Source: Balanoglossus misakiensis (taxonomy: Eukaryota > Animalia > Hemichordata). Taken from it: DNA of 64,000 nucleotides. The stretch is taken from contig CM082591.2 of assembly GCA_040954595.2 (NCBI GenBank), positions 10,309,309 through 10,373,308 of the forward strand, in the 5' to 3' direction. Both the position numbers and the translations under genes were made by a program. This document shows positions 32,043-45,300 of this stretch, in pieces. Position 1 is the stretch's first letter; each line of letters starts with the position of its first letter. Below the pieces are notes generated by a model that saw nothing but the letters and a program-made list of their open reading frames with translations, did not search any database and was not told the origin of the DNA.

Positions 32043-33959
32043 TTAAATGTCTTTTATGCGTCACGAGAAGCCTGAAGACTGATTAACATAATGGAGCGAC
32101 ACAAATCACGTGAACATTAAAATGTGGTCACATGATTGGCTGAGTTCGCTGAATAAGTTTTTTGAAGACGACGCAGACAGTAAGTGGTCTCAACAGAAGA
32201 TGAGTCATTGACAGCAGATACCAAGGACTGAACAGTAAGTAATGTTGCATTTATTTGGGGAGATATGGAGGACCAAGAGAGAGAGAGTAAGAGTGAGGGA
32301 GGTGGTGGGGGGGGGGAGAGAGTGGGGGGAGTCAGGTTTATCTGTGTTGCGTGTAATACATTTTCGATGTACATAGTTCCTCTTTTGGGGTTCCAGTCCC
32401 ATCAAAACTTTCTACCATTTAAAATAACAATTATCAAATGTTCAATTTGTATAATGTCTATATAATTTATTGACAAGTATTTACTGTGTGATGCATGTTG
32501 ATATTTGCACAGCAAAATCGTAGCTTTTATCGCCATATCACGAGATAACTTTTTCACTTCAGAAAACGAAAGCCATTTTTGGTCTTCCCCTATTAAAACG
32601 AAAGAATGTTTTTGTTTATTTATTTTGGATTATTATCGTGATTTTTTCCACAGTTAGCATGCAAATTGTAGATATATATATTAGCAAATCACATTTTCCA
32701 TCGGCATCGCGAAAAATTGATGCCCGTATTATCAGGAGACTTTGACACGATGTTAATCTACGTATGGGCATATCAAACGTGGTTGTACATTCGTATCTTT
32801 AAAACAAAATTTTTCTTTCGCACTCAAAGGGGGGTACTGTAAATGAATTGTGACTTTGTACTGAAATTACCAATCAATATTAACCTTAGCAACATTGTGT
32901 CGTGAGGTTACTACGGGTTTTAATGGCACCATTCAAGCCATTATTAGGAGAAGTAGGCGCGCGCGCCCCAACAGACCCCCATCAAATTTGACTTTTCACA
33001 CTTCCTGCAAGGGAAAACATTTCGAAATTTCCGGTTGATACTAACAATGTATATTTCACCATTTGCTTCGAGTTACCAGTTTCTAAATTTGGGTAACTAT
33101 TTTCTATACTCGAAATAAACAATATTTGCCTATATACTTGAAAAAGTTTTGATGGTACAGATTGGAATTGTCGTTGCTGGAGGTGTTGGCTAGATAAATG
33201 TACGCGATTTCGTCGAGCCGACAAAATATTTGTCTTTTTCTGTGGTCCACGTAAAATAAAGACTGACAAAAGTCAAGTGGACGGTACGATAAATCGTTTT
33301 ATATGTGACATTATCGACATTCTTGGCGGGCGTTGGTGTCAACATTTGACAAGTTGGCCTGCTACGGCGCGCCAAGTGTTTCAAAATTATTTATCATTAT
33401 TTTATAGAAAATTGATGTCTTTTAACAAAAAAAAATACGTAAAAAACACAAAAAACTGATTGGTGGTTTAAAAAACAACGAGTGTAAAAAGTAATCCATC
33501 GTGGAGTAAAAAAAAAACAAAAAAAAAACAAAAAAAAACACTAACACACACAGAAGAAAATCTCACCTATTGTAAAAAAAAACACCACCAAGCTCACCAA
33601 AAAATACGCCCACAAGGCAGTTGAAAAAAAAAATCACTTATTTGTCACAAAAAAACCACGCGCACATTTTTCACGAAAAACGCACACTTCATCCCCACAA
33701 AAAATACACACAAAGTATTAAAAAGAACACTCTTTGAAAAAAAGAGAGACTACAACTTGAAAAAAATGCACACCCCCAGAACAAACAACATAGGCAAACA
33801 TAGAAAAACATAGAAAAAACACGAACATGTTAGCAATAAAAAACGGAGATATTTGTCACCGAAAAAAAACCGCACTCATGTCACCCTAAAACTAACGGAC
33901 CGCTTTAAAAAACGCAGATGCACTGAGGTTGCAAAAATAAGCACATTTTTAATCCCCCG

Positions 33960-34345
33960 AAAAAAACCAGGCAATTTGAAAAAAAAAAAAACGCAGAGCA
34001 ATTTGCAAAAAAAAAATATATATAGGAACATTTGTCACCCAAAAAAAAACAGGCAATTTGAAAAAAAAACGCAGAGCAATTTGCAAAAAAAAAAAATATA
34101 TAGGAACATTTGTCACCCAAAAAAACAGGCAATTTGAAAAAAAAACGCAGAGCAATTTGCAAAAAAAAAAAAAATAGGAACATTTGTCACCCAAAAAAAA
34201 CAGGCAATTTGAAAAAAAAACGCAGAGCAATTTGCAAAAAAAAAAAACATAATAGGAACATTTGTCACCCAAAAAACAGGCAATTTGAAAAAAAAAAACA
34301 CGATATAAAATTTGAAAACAAATATATAGGCACATTTGTCACCCA
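33960..34345 (+). repeat. ~76-bp A-rich tandem repeat inside the left TIR
   Basis: TAGGAACATTTGTCACCC at 34023, 34101, 34175 and 34253; only one such unit in the right arm. Confidence 0.9.
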
Positions 34346-35061
34346 AAATATTCAGGCAGATCCAAGTTGTAAAAAATGGTATATTTGTCATCCAAAAAAT
34401 AAAACAAGCGTGTTTAAAAAAACGAGCATTCAGTTGTAAAAAGAAATAATAGTCTTTAACAACTTGAAAAAAAAAAAAACGGACGCATTTGAAAGAATAG
34501 CGTATGCGCATGCGCCGAAAAAAAAATGAGTCAGAAATGCGCTCCAAAAAAAAAAAAAGCGAGAGATTTTGCTAGAGGAGTCTGGGTAATCTTAAAAAAA
34601 AACAGAGTGTTAAAATAAGTTGACTCGAAGAAGAGAAAAGAAAGGGGAAACACACAAACCGTCACACAGGACAAACAACAGTCTCCTCATCGCCGAGGCG
34701 TACGCGTGATGATATGACAAGTGTTTACGTCTGTGAGGTGGTGTGTGTATGTGTCGGATAGAACGCGAGTCGACTAGAATCCGAGTCGACTGAAGGTTAC
34801 TGTGGTGGACGCGAATATGTGGTCGCCATTGTGGGATTCCTTCGTGAAGGAAGTGAAGCCACTTGTTCGGGACCACATAAACATGATACCGTCATGATAC
34901 CACACAGTCAAACATGACACCACTGGCACTACGTCCGCGGTTTGCTATTCTAGATTCTAGATTAGAATGAGCAGCTATAGCAAAACACTGAAATAGTGAT
35001 GTTGACTGACATTGCTGAATCAGTAATAATTCTTTTGTCTGTCTGACTCTTGTGCTGCAAT

Positions 35062-38000
35062 CTATGAAGTCTTCAGCACAATTTTTATGGTTTGTGGCTT
35101 AGGCTCCACTGCTTGATAGGACGTGGCATGAATACCACGATTTTTAAATGACTGAGTAACACCAGCATAGGGCTGACCTATGTCAATATTATCAAGGCTT
35201 GTTATCACAAAACTATCTGGGGTTAAGCACCTGGCAAAATTTTCTACCGTTGTACTTAAAACTGTACTATTAATGACATCTCTGGCCTTAGATTTGGAAC
35301 AAATCATGCCGAAAGAGTTGAGAAGTGTTATTAGCTTGGTAGAGCCACTGTATGAGTCAACACTGTCTGTCAAAATGAAATGCAATGGATATACACATTC
35401 CGTGGCTATAAATGACAGATGACACACATTATAAAACACTTTCAGCATCCGTTTATGCCGGTTTAATGAGGAGGAACTGTAAAATCCAAGATAATGTTCA
35501 CTCCACCTGAATGATTTCTTGTATAGGTCTGCTCTTTCAGATTTGTTTATTGTGATCAAATATAAGAAATTCCACAAAATTGGATCTATGGAAGTGACAG
35601 CATCATTTATTTGGAAGTTGGAGAAATCAGCAGTTTTATACTTTTCAGAGAAAATTTGCGACTGTTTTCTTATTCTAGTATTAATGTCATCTGCAACAAC
35701 CTGTAGTATATTTGTAAAACTTGGAGACTGGTCTCTTGTGTTTTTTATGAGATTTTGCTCTAACTCTTTGCAACTTTCTTCAAGTTTTTTCAACTGTTTT
35801 TTTGTATTAAAGTACAGCAGATGAAGCATTTCTGTTACATTTGCCCCCTGACGCAAAATTAATGTGCCATATATCCTCCCACTTGAAAATTGAATGTGGC
35901 CATGAAATGTTTTTGCCAACTCCATTCTGATGTAATTATTGGAGAGGTTGGTGTAATTCTGTAGTTCACTTTCATTACCACATTCTGATTGATACATTTC
36001 TGTCACAACTTCACAATAGAAATCCTTAGCTTCCTGTAAGAGGATTGGCTCCGTTTTCAAAATTTTTTCCCCAATAAAAATTGACATTTTATTAAGTGAT
36101 TTTTCTGTAATATCAGTTGCGTTCATAATGTGTGAGGCAATACCGTCAATGATTTGCCGAACATCATGGTCACGTGAAATTCCACTTACATTTTTTCCCA
36201 CTAGATGGTAATGACGCATATGACATTTTCCACACAGTGGACTTTTTTCTTCAAGGCTTAAGTTCATGTACATACCATGATCATGAAAAAAACCGTTCAC
36301 CAAATCAACATTTGAGGCATTATGACACTTTACAGTTGATGTAATACGTTTCCCACAATCTGGCATGCTGCAGTGTTTTTTGTTTTTCTCCATCCATCTG
36401 TTATAGTGCTCTGTGCAAAGAGACACACTTTTAGGAATTGTTCCGATATCATGAGTGTGGAGGTTGAACTGGGCAAGGAAAAGATTTTTGTCCTCAACTT
36501 CAGTAGAATGTAAAACCGGGCTACCAGAATTACAAATGAAACATATCACCTCCGTGCTTAAGGGATTTTTCTCTTTGGGTTTTTCTTTTCCTGAAAACTC
36601 TTTCTAAAGCTAATCGACAAAAATTGCACAAGCAACAATTATGATTAACAGCCTTAGTTTTCAACCACTGTATGTATTCCTGAGGTTTGTCCACAACATG
36701 ATACCATCGATTTGCTTTTGCCAATCCACACTTGCCACATGGGCCACATGTCTCTTGATCTGGATGAGCTTTTGCTTTCAGAGACCGTACACCACCAAGC
36801 CCAGAGATATTTACATGCAACACTTTTGTGTGTAGTTTGTGTGACTGAAAAGAGCCATACATAGGCCGACCATCAGAAGTCAATTTAAAACTTTTTTCTG
36901 GTAAACCAAGACTGTTTGCCACCCTTTATGAATGTCACGTCACATGAATGGGATGGTTTCAAGTGTAAAACAGATTCTCCCTCTCCAAACACAACTGTCA
37001 CATGATGCTTCTGATAGCTCAAGCATCTTCTCTGTATGAAGTTTCTAATTTTTGACAGTCGGACTTCAATATCTGTAAGCAAAAGAGATGTGATATGTTT
37101 ATTTCCACTGCGTAATTGCATCAATCTTTTGTTTATCAGTGTCTTTTCCTTGACTGGGAAAGTGTTTTTGACACACTTTGCAACCTGGGTTGAATTTAGG
37201 ACACCTTGACGACGGAGTCTCTGACAATGTTCAACTGCTTTTGAGACACTGTGGTAGGTTTTACAGACACTGCTAAGATGCTTTTTCACACGCATGGAAT
37301 CTTTCACAGAAATCTGCCTTTTTGCTTCTGAAAACCGAATTCTTTCAGCCACAAACCGGATAAACAGTTTAAAATGCCACTTCTGCAACTTACTAGTACA
37401 AGAAGATGCCTTCCACATGAGAAGTCTTGTTGCAGTAAGGTTTAACTTTATGGAATTTTAGCAAAGTAGTTTCATAATTTTATTTGTATTTTTAAAATGT
37501 TTTCCTGTTTTTTTGTTTACTTTTTTATTTTTTTTTACTCCTGTAAGAGGATTGGCTCCGTTTTCAAAATTTTTTCCCCAATAAAAATTGACATTTTATT
37601 AAGTGATTTTTCTGTAATATCAGTTGCGTTCATAATGTGTGAGGCAATACCGTCAATGATTTGCCGAACATCATGGTCACGTGAAATTCCACTTACATTT
37701 TTTCCCACTAGATTGTAATGACGCATATGACATTTTCCACACAGTGGACTTTTTTCTTCAAGGCTTAAGTTCATGTACATACCATGATCATGAAAAAAAC
37801 CGTTCACCAAATCAACATTTGAGGCATTATGACACTTTACAGTTGATGTAATACGTTTCCCACAATCTGGCATGCTGCAGTGTTTTTTGTTTTTCTCCAT
37901 CCATCTGTTATAGTGCTCTGTGCAAAGAGACACACTTTTAGGAATTGTTCCGATATCATGAGTGTGGAGGTTGAACTGGGCAAGGAAAAGATTTTTGTCC

Positions 38001-38431
38001 TCAACTTCAGTAGAATGTAAAACCGGGCTACCAGAATTACAAATGAAACATATCACCTCCGTGCTTAAGGGATTTTTCTCTTTGGGTTTTTCTTTTCCTG
38101 AAAACTCTCTTTCTAAAGCTAATCGACAAAAATTGCACAAGCAACAATTATGATTAACAGCCTTAGTTTTCAACCACTGTATGTATTCCTGAGGTTTGTC
38201 CACAACATGATACCATCGATTTGCTTTTGCCAATCCACACTTGCCACATGGGCCACATGTCTCTTGATCTGGATGAGCTTTTGCTTTCAGAGACCGTACA
38301 CCACCAAGCCCAGAGATATTTACATGCAACACTTTTGTGTGTAGTTTGTGTGACTGAAAAGAGCCATACATAGGCCGACCATCAGAAGTCAATTTAAAAC
38401 TTTTTTCTGGTAAACCAAGACTGTTTGCCAC
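35062..38431 (-). pseudogene. Transposase-like gene with several CxxC zinc fingers; partly duplicated, frameshifted and C-terminally truncated
   Basis: ORF 37535-38431 has an intact N-terminus but stops at the duplication junction; the copy at 35062-36922 lacks 2 nt near 36600, splitting it into 130-aa and 495-aa ORFs. Confidence 0.7.
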
Positions 38432-38975
38432 CCTTTATGAATGTCACGTCACATGAATGGGATGGTTTCAAGTGTAAAACAGATTCTCCCTCTCCAAACA
38501 CAACTGTCACATGATGCTTCTGATAGCTCAAGCATCTTCTCTGTATGAAGTTTCTAATTTTTGACAGTCGGACTTCAATATCTGTAAGCAAAAGAGATGT
38601 GATATGTTTATTTCCACTGCGTAATTGCATCAATCTTTTGTTTATCAGTGTCTTTTCCTTGACTAGGAAAGTGTTTTTGACACACTTTGCAACCTGGGTT
38701 GAATTTAGGACACCTTGACGACGGAGTCTCTGACAATGTTCAACTGCTTTTGAGACACTGTGGTAGGTTTTACAGACACTGCTAAGATGCTTTTTCACAC
38801 GCATGGAATCTTTCACAGAAATCTGCCTTTTTGCTTCTGAAAACCGAATTCTTTCAGCCACAAACCGGATAAACAGTTTAAAATGCCACTTCTGCAACTT
38901 ACTAGTACAAGAAGATGCCTTCCACATGAGAAGTCTTGTTGCAGTAAGGTTTAACTTTATGGAATTTTAGCAAAG
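36032..38975. repeat. Near-identical 1.44-kb tandem duplication with ~70-bp T-rich filler
   Basis: 36032-37466 matches 37539-38975 (offset 1507-1509); filler at 37467-37538. Confidence 0.95.
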
Positions 38976-40942
38976 CTTCCTTACTGGATTTGCTCAATGC
39001 CAGTGATCCACACACTCTCCTTTTCCAACAAAATATGTTTCTTTCCAACATTTAATTTGAATGAAATCAAATATCATCCACAATCAAATGATATATTTGA
39101 TGTTTGAATATTACAGGAATACTTTCTCAATCAACACAGTCATGAAAAAAGAGAAAATACTGGTCTATGACTACTTCAAATGTTGATCAGCGTACACATC
39201 TGTACTGGCCGAGTTGGTTACTTTAACAATCTGCAAAATAAGGCACAGAAAACTGCAGTTTAGAAAAAAAAATCGCAACAAGCGCTCGCAAAGACAATGC
39301 CGAATGCACACAATCGTGCAATGCCACACCTCGCGGTTTGGCCAGGGCTGTGTTGTGCACGCTGTTAACACTGGCCGCCATTTTGGATTACGCGCAATTC
39401 TCCGATCGACTGACCTAACTTCAGAGGTACGTCTTCCTTGAGTAACGTTCAAGAACACCCTAAAACCATACATTTTCTCACAACACATGTCCAAAACGGA
39501 TTAAAACTGTTACTTAAACGAAAAAATTGGCTTGCCAACGAAAATGACGCAGTGTTTTATCAGGCCGTGTACACAGGCCTACAAAACTGGTATTTAACCA
39601 TTGTTTCAAAAAATACGCGTCAGTTTCACGATTTTTTTTCGTGGGCGAAACCGGAGACCTTAAACATTTGGCAGATACCAAAATCATGAGAATCACTCAC
39701 CTCTCTGACTGTATTTTGACGATTTTTTCTTCGCTGAAAAATCGTCTCACGGTCACCGATAGTGAGATGAGGGCGTCCTTCATTTGAAATAAAACCCCTA
39801 ATTATGCATGCAAATGAAGTACCCAGCTTTGAGAGTGTATCATCACGCGTACGCCTCGGCGATGAGGAGACTGTTGTTTGTCCTGTGTGACGGTTTGTGT
39901 GTTTCCCCTTTCTTTTCTCTTCTTCGAGTCAACTTATTCTCACACACTGTTTTTTTTTAGATAACCCAGACTCCTCTTGCAAAATCACTCACTTTTTTTT
40001 TGGAGCGCATTTCTCACTCAATTTTTTTTTCGGCGCATGCGCATACGCTATTCTTTCAAATGCGTCCGTTTTTTTTCAAGTTGTTAAAGACTATTATTTA
40101 TTTTTACAACTGAATGCTCGTTTTTTTATGCACGCTTGTTTTATTTTTTGAATGACAAATATACCATTTTTTACAACTTGGATCTGCATGAATATTTTGG
40201 GTGACAAATGTGCCTATATATTTTTTTTTCCAAATTTTATATCGTGTTTTTTTTTTCAAATTGCCCGTTTTTTGGGGGTGACAAATGTTCCTATAATTTT
40301 TTTTTTCAAATTGCTGTCCGTTTTTTTTTTTTTTTTTTCAAATTGCCTGGGTTTTTTTCGGGGGATTAAAAATGTGCTTATTTTTGCAACCTCAGTGCAT
40401 CTGCGTTTTTTTAAAAGTGGCCCGTTAGTTTTGGGGTGACATGAGTGCGGGGTATTTTTTCGGTGACAAATATCTCCGTTTTTTATGGCTAACATGTTCG
40501 TGTTTTTTCTATGTTTGCCTGTGTTGTTTGTTCTGGGGGTGTGCATTTTTTTTAGTTGTAGTCTCTCTTTTTTTTCAAAGAGTGTTCTTTTTAATACTTT
40601 GTGTGTATTTTTTGTGAGGGTGAAGTGTTCGTTTTTCGTGAAAAATGTGCGCATGGTTTTTTTGTGACAAATTAGTTAATTTTTTTTGCAACTGCCATGT
40701 GGACGTTTTCTTTTTGTTAAGCTTGGTGGTTTTTTTTTTGACAACATGTGAGATTTTCTTCTGTGTGTGTTAGTTTTTTTTTTTTTTTTTTTTTTACTCC
40801 ACGACAGATTACTTTTTACACTCGTTGTTTTTTAAACCACCAATAAGTTTTTTTGTTGTGTTTTTTACGTATTTGTTTGTTAAAAGACGTAAATTTTCTA
40901 TAAAATAATGATAAATAGTTTTGAAACACTTGGCGCGCCGTG

Positions 40943-41430
40943 GGAATACTGTGACCCAAAGTCTCTGACTAACGAAGAATATACGATTTCAGATCAGCTA
41001 CTCTGGGACGTGATTAAGCTAAAAATAAGGGGCGCCTCTGTAGCCTACGGAAATCAGAAAAAACGTGAAAGAAATATAAAAGAGAAAGATTTGGAAAGAG
41101 AAATAGAAGAACTTGACAGAATTTGTACAGTTTCCCCCTCCGTGATCAACTTAGAAAAATTAGAAGAAAAAAATATGGCAATCGAACAGTTAAAGGTATA
41201 CAGTCGCCTCCAATTTACATACGCCCATATATAGCTGAAATGGCGTATTTGAGGGTTCTAAAGGACATATGGTGGCGCTCTTTTTTCCCGTGTGCCACCC
41301 ACTGAAAATCCGTGATTGCCTAGATCTCAAGTTTACCATGGTAACTGTAGGTAAATTTCCATTGGTGACCGTATACCTTTAAGGCAGGCTAAAGTAGATG
41401 CAGCAATTCTGCGCTCTAAAGTATGGGGTG
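40943..41430 (+). pseudogene. L1/Tx1-clade ORF2 fragment interrupted by a MITE
   Basis: LLWDVIKLKIRGASVAYG..KKRER..EKDLEREIEEL; removing the MITE restores IEQLRQAKVDAAILRSKVW, typical of the endonuclease-RT linker. Confidence 0.75.
41194..41378. mobile_element. Kolobok-like MITE, 185 bp
   Basis: TTAA|AGGTATACAGTCGCC...GGTGACCGTATACCT|TTAA; removal restores the host reading frame; same family as 48145-48291. Confidence 0.9.
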
Positions 41431-41447
41431 CCATGTGTTAACTTATT

Positions 41448-42386
41448 ATGATGGGAAACCTGGTCGATCTGGATCTGTCGAACAACGAACTCGCATGCGT
41501 GCCGAAGTCCATTGGAAACCTTCAACAGCTGCAGAAGTTCAACATCAGAGACAACAATTTGTCGTCATTGCCACCGGAAATGGAGGCTATGGAAAGATTG
41601 GAGTCGCTGGACGTGTCAGGCAATCGCCTAGATGAACTGCCGCGAGTCATTTGCACCATACGAACTCTAGAGTACCTCTACATCAATGACAATCGTTTGC
41701 GTTCTCTCCCACCAGAGATGGCGCAGTTCACGAAGCTCCGGTTCTTGTCTATTCGCGACAACGAGGTGGCGGTAATACCGCCCTCTGTGGCCAGCCTAAC
41801 GAACCTTCACTGTTTAAACGCTGGTGGGAACAGGTTGCGAGCGATCGCCCCTGAAGTGAGCAAGTTGCAACGCCAGGAGATCGTCTACATCCCAAACTGT
41901 CGGCTGGGAGACCTGCCCTAACCGGTTTTAATGCTGGCCAGATTAACCGAGCTTCGCGTATATGGAAACGGCTTGACAGAGGTGCGACCTCAACGACCTC
42001 ATGCGACCTCAACAATAACTCGCTGCAAACTTTACCGGAACAGATGGGCAACCTGCAGGATCTCACCGAGCTCACCCTCGACCACAACATATTTGCTCAG
42101 TTTCCAAAATCCGTGACGTCACTCAGCAACCTTGAGAAGCTGTCCATGGACCACAACAAGTTGCAGGAGGTGCCTGAAGACATCGGCAAAATGACAAAGT
42201 TGAAGGACTGCCGACTGAACCACAACAACTTAAGCAACAAAGCCTTGCGACGCCTTGCCAAGATAACTGGCCTGAAACGCTTGGAAATCAAAGGAAACCG
42301 AATTACCAGCGTACCGCAAAATATGCCTACGTCGACGATTGTCATGGGCGTTGAAGAATTATCTGAAGAAAGCAGCGATAGTGACG
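41448..42386 (+). pseudogene. LRR exon (about 12 repeats of 23 aa) with in-frame TAA at 41919-41921 and a frameshift at ~41985-42005
   Basis: LxxLxLxxNxLxxLPxxI repeats across ORFs 41448-41921, 41931-~41985 and ~42005-42386. Confidence 0.88.
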
Positions 42387-45300
42387 GTATGGAATTTTCT
42401 TCTCTTTTTCGTAGTACTGACTAGTTAAAAGATAATGCCACTTTGTGCAAGGAAAATACATGTTTTATCATTTTTATACAGAAAGCCTGAGTGACGAATG
42501 GAAAGCCGAGGAAGAAATCGAACAGCATGAAGTATATGAGATTAACATTATTCCGGATAAAAAGGTATAATCAGCATTTGCACTTACCTGTCTATGTACA
42601 TGTATGTATATATGTATGTATGTATTTATGTATGTATGTATGTATGTATGTATGTATGTATGTATGTATGTATGTATGTATGTATGTATGTATGTATGTA
42701 TGTATGTATGTATGTGTGTGTGTGTGTGTGTGTTTGCGTGCGTGCGTGCGTGCGTGTGTGTGCGTGCGTGCGTGCGTGCGTACGTACGTATGTATGTATG
42801 TATGTATACAGGAGGGTAGTAGGAGAAACGGAAGGCGGTAAAATCTCTACAACGCTGTTTCGTGAGTCACTAGCCTTCCGTTTCTCCTACTACCCTCCTT
42901 TATACTCCGCTCTACTCTTGTATTGAGCACTTTGGATCGGACCAGTCGAACCGCATACTTCGTATGTATGTATGTATGTATGTGTGTATGTATGTATGTA
43001 TGTATGTATGTATGTATGTATGTATGTATGTATGTATGTATGTATGTATGTATGTATGTATGTATGTATGTATGTATGTATGTACAGTCTGGTCGCAGGG
43101 AGGGTAATTAAGGCGGCGAGATCAAAGAGATCTATTTGAATGTGAACGTCACTGAGTGGCAGTTACGGCCGGTTCGAAAAAAATTCAAACGGAGATTTTC
43201 GGTACTACAAGTGATCGTAGTGCATCCATTTTTCTAACACAGTCAATGATAGGATGATTTTTCGTGAAGTTTTAACGACGCGTTCCCGAGAATGACAGTT
43301 TCGGTATGTTGATTGAAATCGTGGTCCCTGACTCACGGAAAAGATTTCTTGTCTTGAAAAAAATTGGGTAGGTTAGGAAGATATTGAACTAAGTTACCGT
43401 GAAATTATAATGTTGTGAGCCGCTCCGTTGTGGAGTATTGACGGTGTAAAAATTGCCTTCGCCTTCGACGAGTAGAGCCGTGTATACCATATGTATACCA
43501 CTGAACATCCACTGAACTAGGTCAAGGCATGTTGACCTATGACGTAATGGCTTCCTTTTCAACACTAAGTTAACTCTCATTAGCATATTACATGCGGAGT
43601 CAATTCACTATCACCACGCTGACTGACTACTATGGCACTGTAAATTGTGGTCCTTGACCCACGGCATGGATATATTCATGTCAAAATTTTGAATAGAGGA
43701 GTTTAATAATATTTCTAAAACCTGAGGGGGTTAATTTTTGTGTGGGTATGGCAGATATTTTTTTTTATTTTTTAACTTCAAGGTCACTTTGAATTTTGTG
43801 ATCACAATTTTGTCAGTGGAAGTAAAGAAATTCTTCTTGATAAAACTTCATGAAAAATCACATGTAGTACACTCATAGTACCAGTAATGTGCCTGGGGTG
43901 AAATAATTGTCAGAAATGGGTTGCAAGTTGCTAAACTTTCGTTCTGAAAAAAAGTTGAAAAACTGTATGCAAATGAAGAATTCAAACGTTACTGGCCAGT
44001 TCAAGTGCATTGCATAATCCCCTGCTGCTTAATTACCCTCCCTGCGACCAGACTGTTTAGGTATGTATGTATGTATGTATGTATGTATATGTCTGTGCGC
44101 GAGCTCACTATTTCTGAGACGAACTTTAATATATAAAGGAAATAAGAGAATGACTGCGTCATGTGTTATCTAATCATAGAGGTCATACCGGAAGAGACTA
44201 CCGTCCAATTTTTACCTTGAAGTACCCACGTCTGCAGTTGGAAAACATGAACTTCTGAAAGCACAGATCGCGCAAGATTCAAAACTACATCCCGTCCAGC
44301 AAGGGTTCGAGAATCTGGTGTCTGACGTCATCGATGTGTCTCCGCATTCTGTGGCGTTTGAGAAAACCCTGACTCTCGGAATTGGCCTCGAATCCTACCA
44401 GACAGGACAAAACTTCGCGATTTTGAAAAACGACAACGGCAAATGGGAGGAGTTGCAAACCAAGGAGGTAAAAGGGAATTTCAGTTTCGTTGCTGCGAAC
44501 TTCAAGTTGGCACGCCCTCAAATAAACTACGTATGGTGTACGCATATGGCAGTTCATTTTGCGTACAGAAAAAAACATGACGTGTTCTACATATATTGTT
44601 GTAAACGATAATTCTGTGGCCCTGTATAAACTGTGAATCTTCCCGTAAACGTTTGGTTGACATTTTACATTGTATTGCAGGAGCTAAACCCCAAATTTTG
44701 GCATAATTGTGCACTTTGGGTTAAAAGCATGAAACTTGGTACACTTATGCATTGACCCATGGCGGTCATTCTCTGATATGGATCCAAAATGACAGCGCTC
44801 TCTAGTGGCCAGAAACAGACATTCACACTTTAAAATTGTGCACTTCCGGTTAAAAGCATGAAATTAGGTACAATAATTCATTGATCCATGGCGGACATTT
44901 TCAAATATGGATCCAAAAAGAGAGCGCCCTCTAGTGGCCAGAAACTGACATTTACACTTTTCCCCCATTAATGGCACTCTTTGGTCAAGATTGATCTGAT
45001 ACATGTACATCAGGATAAGGATAATATACAGAAGAATGTATGGTAGCAAGCATGTTTTACAACCCACATTCCTGTTTCTGAGTGTAACAATTGACCAAAA
45101 AGTGTCATTAATGGGGGGAAAAGTGTGAATGTCAGTTTCTGGCCGCTAGAGGGCGCTGTATTTTGGGATCCATATTGGAAAATGTCCGCCTTGGGTCAAT
45201 GAATAATTGTACCAAATTTCATGCTTTTAACCCGAAGTGCACGATTTTTTGGTTAACTGCGCTATAAGTCCAACTTCCACCGGCCATCATTCACGAACCT

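Larger units (their letters stand above)
33364..40941 (-). mobile_element. Defective long-TIR DNA transposon, probably Academ-like, ~7.6 kb
   Basis: Inverted arms 33364-34714 and 39838-40941 starting ACGGCGCGCCAAGTGTTTCAAAA; internal Cys-rich ORF ending in PLHFILTDSV..STKLITLLNSFG..SLDNIDI..HATS, which I recognise as Academ-transposase-like. Superfamily is an inference; no TSD found. Confidence 0.8.

Noticed and set aside
33853-34547. Lys-rich and Phe-rich ORFs (also 39897-40667)
   Set aside because: Products of A/T homopolymer repeats in the TIR arms.
33355-40950. Target-site duplication for the long-TIR element
   Set aside because: No short direct repeat found at the plausible end positions.
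42491-43111. MYVC-repeat ORFs
   Set aside because: Translations of the (TATG)n microsatellite.
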